Positions 14,586-27,584 of a stretch of DNA of 64,000 nucleotides are shown here, in pieces (positions within the stretch are counted from its first letter, which is position 1; each line of letters opens with the position of its first letter). The notes below the pieces were generated by a model, which was given only the letters and a program-made list of their open reading frames with translations, was not told where the DNA came from and ran no database searches. Source of the DNA: Podarcis gaigeae (lineage: Eukaryota); NCBI GenBank assembly GCA_964106915.2, contig OZ066923.1; one strand, written 5' to 3'. The translations under genes and the position numbers were made by a program.

Positions 14586-15123
14586 TGAGAAGTTCCTGGC
14601 TTAGCTTATGCAAACCAGCCTGGCTGGGCTAGCTTAGTGCAGAGACCTTGTGGGGCGATAGGGAACCAAGCATGGATCCATTAAGGGCGCTGGCAATGCA
14701 AAAGAACTGTCCTCTCTGAGGAGTGGACAGTGATAGGAGAATGGACAGGTTGCCAAGGTGATGAGGGGGCATGGTGTCACAGGAAAATTTGTCCTTTTTG
14801 AAATCTAAAGGTTTGCTGGGAAGGAATGGGGCAGGGTTCTATGAGCTGTTGTGGAGGTGAGAAGCAGGAACAAAGATGGCATGCAGGATGGCTCTGAATC
14901 CAATTCTGGGGGACAGGGAAGGACAAGCTGCACCTGAGATGGGAATGCTGTAAACTCTGCACTCCCTTCATCTACACTCAGGGTGTACATATGCATTAAT
15001 AAACCATCTTTCAAACACTCCACCATGCTTTATTTTTCCCCAAAGAGACAAAGACCCTGGCTGAGAGCCAGGACACCTGGATTCTTGTTCACCGCTCAGC
15101 AGAAATTAGAGTGGCTAGTAACA
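14586..15123 (+). mobile_element. Possible older solo LTR
   Basis: Purine-rich U3-like block, AATAAA at ~14998-15003, ends in TAACA. TSD not clean and left boundary uncertain. Confidence 0.35.
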
Positions 15124-15270
15124 CTATTTTGAGCGGACTTCAGACTTCAAAGTGGGGGAGTGAAAAATAACTGAAACTGGGAGTTTTGTCCTATGTATAA
15201 ATGTTAAGTTCTTGCAATACTTTTGTGTAACATATAAGCTGATTAGCAGGTATACGAGTTATTCCTCTTG

Positions 15271-15668
15271 GGGATAAACTAGATGTAACATTAAATGTGC
15301 ACAAGCATTTAACATGCTCAGCTTTTGTTCTTTAAATAGCAGCTGCTGAGGGGCAGACGAGGCTGACCAGGATTTGAACCATGGTGTGCAGGAGGCTTGA
15401 AACTCCCCCCTCCTCGCACAAACATACCATGATCCCAATGAAAATCCCCCTTGAGATTTCCCCCCAGAGGAATGTTTCCACAGGAGTCAAAGAACACTTT
15501 CCAAATGGGGATAATAACAGTTTTAGGGGAGATTTTCATTGGGATGTGGGAGGATTAACATTCCCCTTAGAAGACACCAAGGCCCCGATTCTGATTGTTC
15601 GCTACACCCAGCTGCTATTTAAAGAACAACAATCTGATGCATTATTATCATGACGTCTAGTTTGACCC
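15271..15668. mobile_element. Palindromic MITE with three nested inverted-repeat pairs
   Basis: Outer AAACTAGATGT / ACGTCTAGTTT. Perfect 21-bp pair TTGTTCTTTAAATAGCAGCTG (15325-15345) / 15609-15629. Inner ATCCCAATGAAAATC / GATTTTCATTGGGAT. Confidence 0.75.
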
Positions 15669-15773
15669 TTCGATAAGTTGCCCATTATATTAATAACTGG
15701 AGTAGTTCCAGAACACCAACTTTTATTAATTCAAGGGATAAAATCCAATAGGAACTTAAATTTCATGAAAGAA

Positions 15774-15789
15774 TGTGTGTGTGTGTGAG

Positions 15790-15857
<68 letters not shown>
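15774..15857. repeat. Compound (GT)n(GA)n microsatellite
   Basis: Read directly from the sequence. Confidence 0.97.
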
Positions 15858-18572
15858 TCATATAAATATATGAATAAGCTAAAACATTTATCAGTGTTTG
15901 TATAAATGGCAGGCAGGTTACCATGCTTCTCTGTTTTTACATGTTGGCATATTGTGGCTGTCAATGGTTTATCTGGAATAAGACTAACTGAATTCATTGT
16001 TCTGAAAGCACCTGAGGATTAAGATGATCTCCTGTGGTTTTAGCATCTGTGCATCCAATGGGAGGTGGAGGAGCACATACTCGTAATGTGTAATCAAGTA
16101 ATGGAAAAAGGGATTAAGAAACAATAGCTGTCCTTTGTAACCAATTATTGGCTACACTGTTAATTCTCACTCTTTTTCCAAGTGGGATGTAGTCAGCATT
16201 GAATCAAATGTGCATGAGACAGGATTCATGCTGGTTTATTGTAATAGGCGACATTTCCTCATTTTCACACTCCACCCCCCTTAATATGAACCGATGAGTA
16301 GATTTCTTTTTCTTTGTTTATACCTCCCGCTTTCTAATAGCACACTGTATATTTTATGATCAGGAAAGTCCAGTGTTTTTGACAGGCAGAATAAACATAC
16401 CCATATCCTGAGCCTGAACATACCTACGAGGAAGTAAATGCCATGAATTACTGGGAATTACTTGGACTGATATACAAGTGAATTGGTTTAGGACTGAGGC
16501 ATAAGTCTACATAATTACTGGCCGCCTCCTATATTGCAGGGATAGCCAATGTAGTGCCTTCCAGACGCTGCTGACCTACAATTCCCATCAACTCTACTTC
16601 ACAAGGCCAGGGATGATGGGAATTGTAGTCCACTAACATCTCAAGGGCACTCCTGACTGACTGCGTTGTAACAGCAGCATGTAGGATTCTGGTGATCCTA
16701 GCCCTGGCAGATAGGGAGTTTGTATCCTTGTGCTGATGCTGATTCCAGACGTATTGTGTTATACTTCCCTTTCTGACCCATATGTAGGGGCCATACCTCA
16801 GCGAGGTTCTAAATTTTCTTTCTTTTGTTCAGAACATTCCAATGTATTCGAAATGGTTAGAATGTGTTTCCTTTCTGTGCTTTCCTCTTCTTAACTGTTT
16901 CCCATGCTTCTGCACTGCCCATGCATGCCAGAAATAAACAGCTAATTGCATTATCACTTTATGGGGCTATATTGTCGAAAGAAATGGTCACCAGTGGTGT
17001 GATTCTCATTAAGTATTTCAATCTCCTATCCAAGTACGTTAATTTTCTAATAGCTGGGAACATCAGAAATATCCACTCTTGAAAGCAACAAAAACTAGCA
17101 GCATTAGACTGAAAATTAAACTGTGCATTTTAGAAAGAAAATGTAATGCTCAAGTTCTGCATTTTACGTGTTTTTTCCAACAGCTAAATAATACTAACAA
17201 CAAATGCCTGTACCTCCCATTTATCTCTCCATCTCATTCCATGGTGTTACTCTCTTGTTATTACATCCGTTTCTCAATGGTGCCATTTCAGATTTTACTG
17301 AGAGAAGGGGAGAGATTTCAGGAGAAGGCGGAAAATTGTAGAGGAAGGATCAAAAGCTTGTTCTATCTAGGGCATATCCAAGATTAATCTGTGGTGGCAC
17401 ATGCGGCAGCAGGGATTGTCCCCCCCTTTCAATGACGCTAGTGGTGCTCATACAAACTCCTCTAAATATTGGGAAATAAAGATATACCAGGTGATATCAA
17501 TCATTGGGATATATAAGCAAGCTGTATACATGTAGTTTAAAATGGAATGGCTGTACCTGGCTGAGAACCCACATTTTCAAGCTGTGAATGTATTCCTTGA
17601 GAAAGATCTGAACTGCCAACCTGATAAACATGCACCTGGCTGCGAGATTTGGATCAGTTTTGATCAGCAAAAGTAAACTTACAGTCTAGAAATGGAAAAT
17701 ACACAGATTGGGGCAAGGCTACTTATTTATAGAACTACTTTTTTTTTAAGCTGGACTGTTGGAAACCTTATTACTGGTAACAGTAATATTTGCTTTGCTG
17801 GAGTATACAGTTGCCTTTTATTAGTAACACAAACGGGCCTCCTTTCAATCTCCCTGGAAAAATGAACCTACAGATGGCTGACATTTGTACTGTTTTGCTT
17901 TAACTTCTTTTCAACAAGTTAGAATAACGGAAGGAAAGTCAGAAAAAGAGGGCTTGCAGACTAAGGCCTTTTAAAACCTCTCTTTTCAACTGCCTCCCCG
18001 CTCCTCTGCTGTTATGAGAACTTTGGATCGTTATAAATATACAGGAGAAAATAATTTGTGATGAATGAGCTGCCTGGCCATTGTAGGATTATGTTTGTAT
18101 TTTGAAATGCTTGAATAAAATAGTGCTTTGAGCTGTATGTTCTAAAATGCCATTATTCCTGCTGTAGCTGGGGCAGAAGGGAACCATGCTTATGAAACCT
18201 CGAAGAATCTAAGGAAAAGTTAGTGAAAGCAGATTCCTAAATGCCAGTATGGCGTAGTGTATAGAGAGTGTTGGACTTGGATCAGCAACATTTGTTTTTC
18301 AAGTCTCTACTAAGTCACAAAGCTCACAGGGCACTTTTGGATGTCAGTATTCTTCAGCATAACTGAAACACAAAATGGGGTGTGTGTGAATAATGTGTAC
18401 AATCCTTACTTAGGGAACTGAGAGACCCACCTTATTTCTTTTATTGTAAGTTGTTTTAAACTGGTTTTAATATAGTGTTTTAATTGTTGCAACCCTGCGC
18501 TGGGACCTTAAAAGTGAAGGGCAGGCAAATAATAATACAGATATGATTAGCAGTCATCTGAATCTGTGTAGG

Positions 18573-18940
18573 CACCATACATTTAAAGTATGACTTCACC
18601 CAAAGGATCCTTGGATAGTGAAAGCTGTAGCTTGAGGGAGGAAACTATAGTACCCAGGATTCATTGGGTGGGGGGAGTCATGTGCTTTGAGAGCCAGTGT
18701 GGTGTAGTGGTTAAGAGCAGTAGACTCATAATCTGGTGAACTGGGTTCGCGTCTCCGCTCCTCCACATGCAGCTGCTGGGTGACCTTGGGCCAGTCACAC
18801 TTCTCTGAAGTCTCTCAGCCTCACTCACCTCACAGAGGTAGGGGAGAAAGGGAAAGGAGAATGTTAGCCACTTTGAGACTCCTTCGGGTAGTGATAAAGC
18901 AGGATATCAAATCCAAACTCTTCTTCTTCTTTAAATGTGT
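18573..18940. mobile_element. Palindromic MITE-like element interrupted by the Squam3-like SINE
   Basis: Left arm CATACATTTAAAG..ATGACT..CCCAAAGGATCCT mirrors right arm AGGATTCATTGGG..AGTCATGTGCTTT[SINE]AAATGT. Related sequence at ~50860-50960. Confidence 0.6.
18689..18930 (+). mobile_element. tRNA-derived CORE-type SINE (Squam3-like) with (CTT)n tail
   Basis: A box TGGTGTAGTGG, B-box-like GGGTTCGCGTCTCC, MIR-like core GGGTGACCTTGGGCCAGTCAC, TCTTCTTCT tail. Confidence 0.85.
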
Positions 18941-21051
18941 GCTACAGATGCTGCCAAGGGCAAACCAATATGAATGCAGAGAACTACCCTTGACTTGTTC
19001 AACTTGCAGCTAATGTGCCCTTATACAATGCAGACTTAAGTGGTATTCTCTGCTATCTGAAGCTTGCAGGGATATGATCATCATTCATTAGATCAGCATC
19101 AGAAAGGTCAGTGTTGGCAGGATTACAAACTAACTGAGACACCATCCCACAACTCCAGCCAAGATCTGTTGGCTGGCCTTCTTGGTAGCTTCTTCGTTCA
19201 TAATGGGTTGCTATGAATCTGGGGGCAATAAGATTGAAGCAGCTGCAGTAGTTCCAGAACTGAGGATCAACTGTTAACACAGCATTCCTTGAACCAGGGC
19301 TGCCAGTTTCCCCCCATATATGGTGGTTCTGTTCTTTTCCTCTGCTATTAGATGCATGGCATGATTTGGGGAAGGGTGTGTGTGAACCAAACCTGATATC
19401 CTGGGGCATATCCAGTGATAGTCATACACAATTCAATACATTTATTGTGCTAGACAATTATGCTATAAAACACCTAAACACAAACACAGTGATAACATAA
19501 CAAACGTCAATAATATTAAAGAAGAAAAAATAGAAGTACCATCAGTATCTTAGTGTACCATAAGTACCTTAGTGTCTCAAATTTCAATAGCATCCTGTGG
19601 GTTGCCAAAATCCGGCACCCCCGCCTCTCACCTTCTGTTAGACTTCATAGCTGTGGCGCCTGCTGCGGTGCCCCAGAATTTTCACGCCTGGTGAAACTGA
19701 ACAGCTCACACTCTCCTCTATCTGCCTTTGGTACCATCAGCGAACTCAGCTTCAGATTAAACCTCAGAGTTCCCAAAACAATTTGCAGCAATATTATCTA
19801 ACACTCTTTTTTTTTTTGCAGCCAGTGCAAAAAAGATACACTTCATGTGTCACAAAGCTGTTAGTGTCACTCAAAAGAAATAGTACTGTTTCTTCCAAGG
19901 TGTTCCTGCTTCCATATGTCAACAGACATTTCAGAAATCTCTCTTGTATTACTATATAAAGGACAGATAGTGAATAATATCTTCCACCTGAAATTGGCCA
20001 CAAACACAGAACCTGCCATCATAAGCGACCTTGTTGCAGTGACCACCCAGAACTGCAGTAGCATTCAAAATTGCAGCTCAGTGAAGGCATTTCTTAAGAG
20101 ATCCATTCATTTCAATAGGTCTACTCGGAATGTGACTAATGTTGGCTATCACCCACTGTCTCTAACTTTAAAATGGCCTCAAGAGCAGGCTGACATAACC
20201 ACATTCCAGAAAACATCAAAAGGCATAGCAGGGAATCATCACACATCTATTGTCTGCCAAGAAACCTGAGAAACGTTTTCTCCAAGTAACGGCCAGATTT
20301 AAGTGTCCATTAATTGGCCATAACTTAGGCCATCAGCTCTGACCCGCTCTCAATTCCTTTTCTGATTTCCTCTGCCTTCAGTAATTAACACCAAGACCTG
20401 GCAGAGTCTGGCATTCAAAATAAATCCACACACTGGCTAGTCGAAATTTGCAAGGGGTGCTCTGCTCCAAGTTTCCCATGTGATCTGTCCCAAAGGAAGA
20501 TTCCTCCCTGCAACAGTGTCATCTTGAAAGAAGAAGGCTAAAGTGGTGATGGTGGTGAAATGGAGAGGGATTGTCCAGCAGTGGGAAGGGCACAAAGAGA
20601 AGTCTGCTCTTCTGGCCTTCATTAGGCCCGGAAGTCTTACTAACAAGAAATTCCCAGCGCAAATGTTCCCGGGGGAAAGACCCAGAAGCCCAAGCAAACT
20701 GCAGTTGCCATAGATTTGTGTTCCTGGAATTTCCAGTCAGTTGTTACTTGACCAACCACTCTCCTTTGACTTTCCCCATTGCTACTGCTGAAGGTAGAAG
20801 TGATGGAGAAGTGAAACTGATTGTAGGGTAGATTTGGAATTGAGTTGAATTTCTTTGGAAAATCCTGGGCTTTTGTGTATGAGTTCTCAGTAATCTGCGA
20901 AGAACAAAAACCTGAAACAACAGCCCTTTTCTAAACTGGAAGTGCGGATGTGAAACTTAGCCATGTTTACAGAGAAGTTAGAATGAATTTTTATCTCCTT
21001 TCTGCATTGCTGGACTATGGATGCCCGCTGTATAAAACCTTTCTTGATTTA

Positions 21052-21367
21052 GTGCTCATCCACACTTTTGCTTGATCCGTATTTTCATTGTATTGTGTCC
21101 CAATTAATTCCATCAGGTCTAAGAGCTTTTCCTGTTGCTCCATGGCTGTGCCTTGAGAAAATCCGATCTTACTCGCTGAGTCAGGTCTTATCAGATGCAT
21201 GGAAAATCTGAAGAGAGATTTGCTTAACGGAGCTTCAATTCAGTGGGTAAAATCAGATTTCCGCAAGGCACAGCTGCAGAACAACAAGAAAAGCTCTCAG
21301 ACCCAGGGGAATTAATCAGAACACAATGTGATCAAAATATGGGTCAAGCAAAAGTGTGGATGAGCTC
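21052..21367. mobile_element. Long-palindrome MITE, PIF/Harbinger-like
   Basis: ~130-bp inverted arms (GCTCATCCACACTTTTGCTTGA / TCAAGCAAAAGTGTGGATGAGC) with TTA on both flanks. The mirrored ORFs 21015-21200(-) and 21243-21425(+) reflect the symmetry. Confidence 0.82.
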
Positions 21368-21666
21368 TTATTTTAAATGCTCCCTAGAGTCAGTCAGGTC
21401 CAGCCTGAGATGTCTTGCTACCTGAGGCAATGGACCCGACAGCATCCTTCTCATTTCATGAACAGAAGCCAGCTAAATTGGCAGTTAGAAATACTTGTCC
21501 TGGAAGCCATGCATGTAATAAAATGTCAAAAAGGATGCTACCCTGCTCAAAGGATGCAGCTCACATCATTTTGAACTCAAGGTTATGACTTCTACTGGTT
21601 TAAATGGATCTGGATAGGCCTTCAGTGTGTGTTTTTCAGAAGGCCAACATTAAAAATTAAAATATA

Positions 21667-21850
21667 GGCTGCAATCCTATACCCACTAATCTGGGGAGTA
21701 TGTCCCATGGAATTCAGGGGTACTTACTTCTAAGTGGACATGCATTGGGTTGTGCTGTAAGGCTGTGATTCTCTGTACACTTACATAAGAGTAAGCCCCA
21801 TTGAACTAGCTGAGACTTACTTCCAGTACATGTGTGTAGGACTGCACAGC
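21667..21850. repeat. Two tandem units of an ~85-bp hairpin interspersed repeat
   Basis: GCTGCAATCCTA...AGTAAGCCCCATTGAACT...GACTTACTTC...TAGGA(T/C)TGCA. At least ten further copies in the window. Confidence 0.75.
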
Positions 21851-24800
21851 GTTTCATAAACTATAGCAGTAATAAGTAGTTATACTTTAAAAATGATGAA
21901 TAAGTATGTGATGTTAGGTCATCATTGTATCAAGCTGTGTCTGTTTTTAAAGTACTGTATAGCATTCAATTTGCTGTTTTCATGTTCTGTTGATGGGAAC
22001 ATGGCTAACAAATTTAGGCTATGCCAATTCTATGCTCTCAGACAGTTTGTGAAATGATAATGAAAATAACTATCTTCGGTATTCTTATGTACAGCAGTGG
22101 ACAACCTGAATAGACTCACACATGGAAGAGTTGCCTGTAAGAGGGTGTGGCAAGACTTGGGTTATGATGACCTTGCTGACATCTTTGTCCACTAGCTTAG
22201 AAAAACTGGATGGGGCTGTTATACATATTGTGACAGAATATTTACTCAATCCTAAAAGTCTTATTGAGACAATCTAGTGCCGTTTCCTTCAGTATTTTGC
22301 CACTTATGAAAATCATTGAAATAAGAAATTCTGTCTAAGAATGTTCAACTCTCATTAACTGACTCTGTTTTGCTTCTGTATTCAGAAAGGAATTTGATAC
22401 AGAACTTCAAGGCAACCTGATAGAAAGGAGCAACTAATTGACTTGAGAGAGTCATCAATAATGAGGAATTGGCTACAGGATTTTCAACATCAGAAGGACT
22501 GATCTGGATGCTGTTACAAAGTGTATTGCAGATGTGAAAATCACTCCTGCTTCTTATAATGAAATAACACTGGAAGTGAAGATTCTTGGATCTTGGTGAG
22601 AGCGGATGACATCTGCGTGTCATCACATCGTTTGTTACTTTGTTAGTGGGGATGAAAATATAATTCAGGGGCATCTTGTTGAGTAGATTGCAAATTGTTA
22701 GGAACGAAAAGTGGTGCATGGCCGGGATTTGTATGTTTGAAACTATATTTTTATATTTTTAGCAGAAGAGTGGAAGATAATTCATTCTTATAAATGTACA
22801 TATGTACGTGCGGGTGTGGAGTTGAATCAAAATATTAAGCACAACCTCAGGTCCAGATGCAGCCCCTGAATCCAATTTTTCAATCCAGTGTGTCATCTAC
22901 ATGGGATCAAAATACACAAGAAACGAAGATGTGGCAAGTCTCCTACTGTATTTCAGATATTGCTTTGGCAGGGTGGACTTCACATGCGTGCGTGCTTGAA
23001 AATGGTGGTCTGTAGGCACACCCTTTATGAGTGTGGTGTGTCTATAGTTCACAGCCATGCGCCATATGGAGTGTTGCTTTTATCTGCATATGCAAAGAAG
23101 GTATTGGAGAAGCATTCAGACAACCCAGCGATGGGTGCACTATAAATGCCTAAACTGATTAGGCAGAAGGGACAAATAAAGCATGCCTCAACTGGCCCCA
23201 GGCAGCTTTTAAGATCTGCTGCTGGAATAGATGTATGGCACATGTCTGTGAAATGCCAGATTTAATTAGGTTGGGTAGTGTATACAGAGCAGACCTGTGG
23301 AGAAACAGGCAAGTCCAACCATCAAGATTTGAGTCGGAGATGAAATACTGCCTTTGGGGGAATGTCCACTGGACGAAGAATCTATGTGAGAGCAGATCAG
23401 AACAATGAGCTTATCCTATGACATCCTGAAACTGACAAATAGATGAGTTCACATGTGCATCAGTCTTTGAAATGCATTTTGCCCCAAGTGGTGGGATTTT
23501 TAGGCTGTTGTATTTTCTTGTCTCTCTGGAATAATACATGTTGTTTAATCACAAGGGTAGTTATTTTTCCACAATCCAAGTTGACTGTGCTGATCGGGTA
23601 GTGTTTTCATATTGGGTGAGATACAGGTGCTTGTAATGAGATAACCCTGGACCCTTGTCTTCTCAGTAATAATTCAACCTCTTTGGGGGAGATAAAATTG
23701 TATTTTGTTACCCACGTCTGGTTGCATAAAATGCATTTTCCTCCCCTTTCCTGATCACCTGTGCACAGTCCTGAATAATCCACATATAAATTGAGAGCTT
23801 GGATGCCACCAGGGAGACTTGGCTATGAGTTACTGCCAGTGATGGGACAGCTTCACCCGGCATCTCTTAACTCACGGGCTGAACAAAATCGGGAGAGGTG
23901 CTCCTGACAAGTATTTACAATATTTCAAGTATAGATCAAGGACACCAAAAAACAACTACAATAAATAATCAAGAGAACCAATATCTGCTTAACTGGGTGG
24001 CCTGCATGTATATATAGTTCACAACAATCAAATACTTTTCCACTCAGAGTAAAAGGGTTACCACTATAGAATGCATATACATGTGCCTGCATATTTTTAT
24101 TATTTTTTTGTAGTTTGCCTTGTGATCAGTGAAAGTTTAATTGGGAACAAAGAGGTTAATATGGAAGAACATTGGCAGATGCTCTTGTAAAGCAGCCCTT
24201 TCAGCCTGAGGGCAGACTATGAATGCACAGAATCACATTTAACATTTGAAGGTGGAGGAGAACTTCTTGGAGGAGTGTGGAAATGATGCTCAGTTCGTAA
24301 CACAAATTCAGTATTCTGAACCAGGTCATTATGGATTTCAGTGGCTTATCCACTGAAATCACTCCCTGCTGCTTTGGCTCCCCATAGTCTCATTCATGTG
24401 CCTTGCTTTTTGTTAATACACAGTAGTAAGGAAACCATGAGCTATAACAGTATCAGTCTACACCTGGTCTCCCTATTGTCCCGTTTGTTCCTTTCAGAGT
24501 CTATCCAGAATTTCTGGTAGATCAGTATAGCTAGAATTTATTTATTCAGTCAGTCATTTTAAATTTCCGTCTTGTGTTGCTTTTCTCCTTTGCATCTTTT
24601 TGAATTTGTGCAAGCAAGTGCTAGTAGTTTTCAATGGGCAAAGATTCATTCAGCTTGTCACATGAAAATAATTATGTGAGGTTATCTGAATCTACCTTTA
24701 GGTCTTCCAAGGCAATGCTCTTAAGCCGCTGAGCGATGCCAGACCTTGAGTAGACAGAGAGACTTGTTAACTGATTCTCTGAGTTCTCAAATACTTTTTT

Positions 24801-26797
24801 CAAAGCAAGCACTACCAGAGTGCATCAAATGCAGAACAGTTCTGGATACTGGACTAAAATCCTGGATACCTGGATTCTTTTTCTATGAGACAACCCATTG
24901 GTTGTCTCCCCCATGCAAGACCAGCAGTAAAGGACTAAAAACATACCAAGAAGTTCCTTCTCTACATTCTCCTAGATAATGGGTCTTTCATTATTTCTTT
25001 TTGTCTGACTGAGCTTGATCTGCTTTCATGACTTCATTCATTGTCTAAAAACCCAGGTGTTCCCCACAAAAACAAATGAAAAGAGCAATGTTTGCGCATT
25101 TTGCTTCCTATCTTGGGTTCTACAAGAACTAGAGACTTACATTTTCTACATGAAAACTGGGAATCAGGGGTTTATGACTCACTTGGGAGGGTAACTGGCT
25201 CCCTTGCACTCCTCAGCAGATGCCCAGGCTGCTTTTCATTCTGAGTGGGACCTGGAAAATTTGTCCCCAAAGCTCTGCCCACAGTACACTACTATGCACT
25301 GGTAGCCTGAAATGTCTAGTCAGGGTACAGACCAGGGATCTGAAACAGTTCATCCAGTGCCACATATAATACCCATTTAAATACTGCATCCAGAATGATA
25401 TCATTCTTTTTCTTTTTCTGCTTGTGTACATGAGTGGGGTTCTTCTTCTCTTGCTATATTCATAAATACATCAGAGGCAAGCTGAGAAAATTGGTCATTG
25501 TTTGAAAGAGACTGGAGAATAATAAAATGGTCTCGTTTTTTGGTTTGTTTCTTTAAAGGTAAGCAGCAAAGATACGGAAAAGCAGTTTTTCCTTTTCTCC
25601 AGCACAGCCACTATTGAGATATGCAGTTGATAGAAAGGGAATTTCCCCACTAAGTGATAATGCTGGGGTACTTTATAGGAGATGGGCAGCAAATTTATTC
25701 ATTTATTGCATTTATTTTCCACCTTTTCCTTCAAGAAATTTAAGGTGGCATACATGATTCCCACCTCCCTATGTTCTCCTCACAACCTACCCTGTGAGGT
25801 AGGTAAGGATGAGAGGTCCAAAGTCACCTAGTAAGCTTAATGTCTGAGCAGGAATTTGAGCCCTGGTCTAACTCTCTAATGTCTACACCAAACTGGCTGT
25901 TCATTTTTGTTTCCATCTTGTATTTGTTTTTAAGAACTGCTTTGGGCCTGATCTCTGGGTAGCAGGAGGAAGTAGGAGTGGTGTAGTAGCAATGCAAGTA
26001 AAAGCTGAACAGCAAGCAAGCAATGGTTGAAGTAGCATGAGGCGAAGTAGGAAGGAGCCTACATCCCAGATAGGATTGCCACCTCAGAACTTAATTGTCT
26101 TCTGAGACAGCTGAGGAACAACAAAAAGGATACCTAACATGATGTTCAGTGTTGGCTTTGGGGTAACATGCACAAGGACCATTTGCTAGATTAGAAAGTC
26201 TTCCTAAGTGAATATTAACAAGTTCTGACGAAAACAATACACACTAACACAAAATCAAATATGTGATCTATAAACCTCTTAATTAGGTCCTGTTGCAGTT
26301 AATCAAATGGCGCCAATGTAAATGCAGATCCACCAGTCTAATTGATTTATGGTGATTAACAAGCCATTTGTCTTTCAAATAATCTTGGTGCCAACAGTTC
26401 ACAAATGCATATTTTTTGTGCATTTAAAGCTTTCCTGTCCATAACCAGGTGTGAATGTATTGAATTAAAGTAATGATGTTGAAAGAACAAGAAAGGCCAA
26501 TATGGGTTGGGTCAGCTAGAAGAAATCTATGTAGTCCTCTTTAATAATCAATATGTGCTGTGCTTTCTAATGCCTCAGATTATTGTAAGCAAACAAACTA
26601 TTCCTTCTTTGAGCCACCTCATTTGTGATTGAAGCTAAGAAAGTGAAGTAAAATCATTAATGTGCTTTTCTTTTTTATTCATTGCCTAGAACATTGCATA
26701 AAATTTACAAATGAATGTCCTTTACAATATAATCCTATAGATGTTTATTCACAAGTAAACCCCACTGAGTTTAATGAAACTTTAGGTTGTAATTTTA

Positions 26798-27102
26798 GGG
26801 CTTATTCACATTTACCTTTTGCCTCATTCTTTCCACACACAGGTCTGTGTTTAAAAGTCCCATGTCTGAGTATGTGGGGCTTTTGTTTAGCTCCAGAGCT
26901 CTCTTCATGAAAACTTGCTCTTTAGCGCTCAACTGGAGCAAACATCAATTCAGGTTTTCTGAAGATTGCTGTTTGCTCCCAATGAGCTTGAAAGAGCAGG
27001 TGTTTGCAGGCAAAACTCTGTGGAGCAAAAACAAACAAAATGCTTGGATATGGAGCTTTTTAAGCCTGGAAAGAGCAGGCAAAAGGTAAGTGTGGATTAG
27101 CT
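26798..27102. mobile_element. Harbinger-like palindromic MITE
   Basis: GCTTATTCACATTTACCTTTTGCCT mirrors AGGCAAAAGGTAAGTGTGGATTAGC. Inner arms TGCTCTTT / AAAGAGCA. Related partial copy at ~62533-62700. Confidence 0.72.
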
Positions 27103-27584
27103 GCTTTCCTAGGAGTAAATCCCTTTGAACTCAATGGGGCTTACTTGTGAATAGATGTCTAGGGTTGTACTGTTAATCGCTTTCAGCCCTGATTCTATTG
27201 ATTTGTAGCCAGCCATACCCCTTCTCGTCCATTACTGACCTGTCCTTTCCTCCACACAGTTATATTACAGTTGATGATTAAAACATCCAGCGATAGTGAG
27301 TTCTAAAGGTCAGGAGTGTTCTTTGTGAACCTATTTTCTTTGTTCAGCCATCACAGAATATATCTGTTCTGTGATGTAGCAGCAGGCTTTCGATCTAGGA
27401 GTATGACCCAGGGAAAATTAATCACTTTTAAGTCTTATTGATTTCAAGGGCAGAGTTGCTCAGGTTACCTTTCGTTGGGCCACTAGCATTCTAGCTTTGT
27501 GTGTTCATGACTTTTAAAAAATGGACTAGCAGCCTATCTCTAAAGAGTTGGCTGATAAAATTCCAATCAACACGTAAAGTTCAG

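Noticed and set aside
24334-24360. Perfect 11-bp stem hairpin (a similar 10-bp stem lies at ~27349-27376)
   Set aside because: Too short for a pre-miRNA, and plausibly a remnant of the palindromic repeat families or chance.
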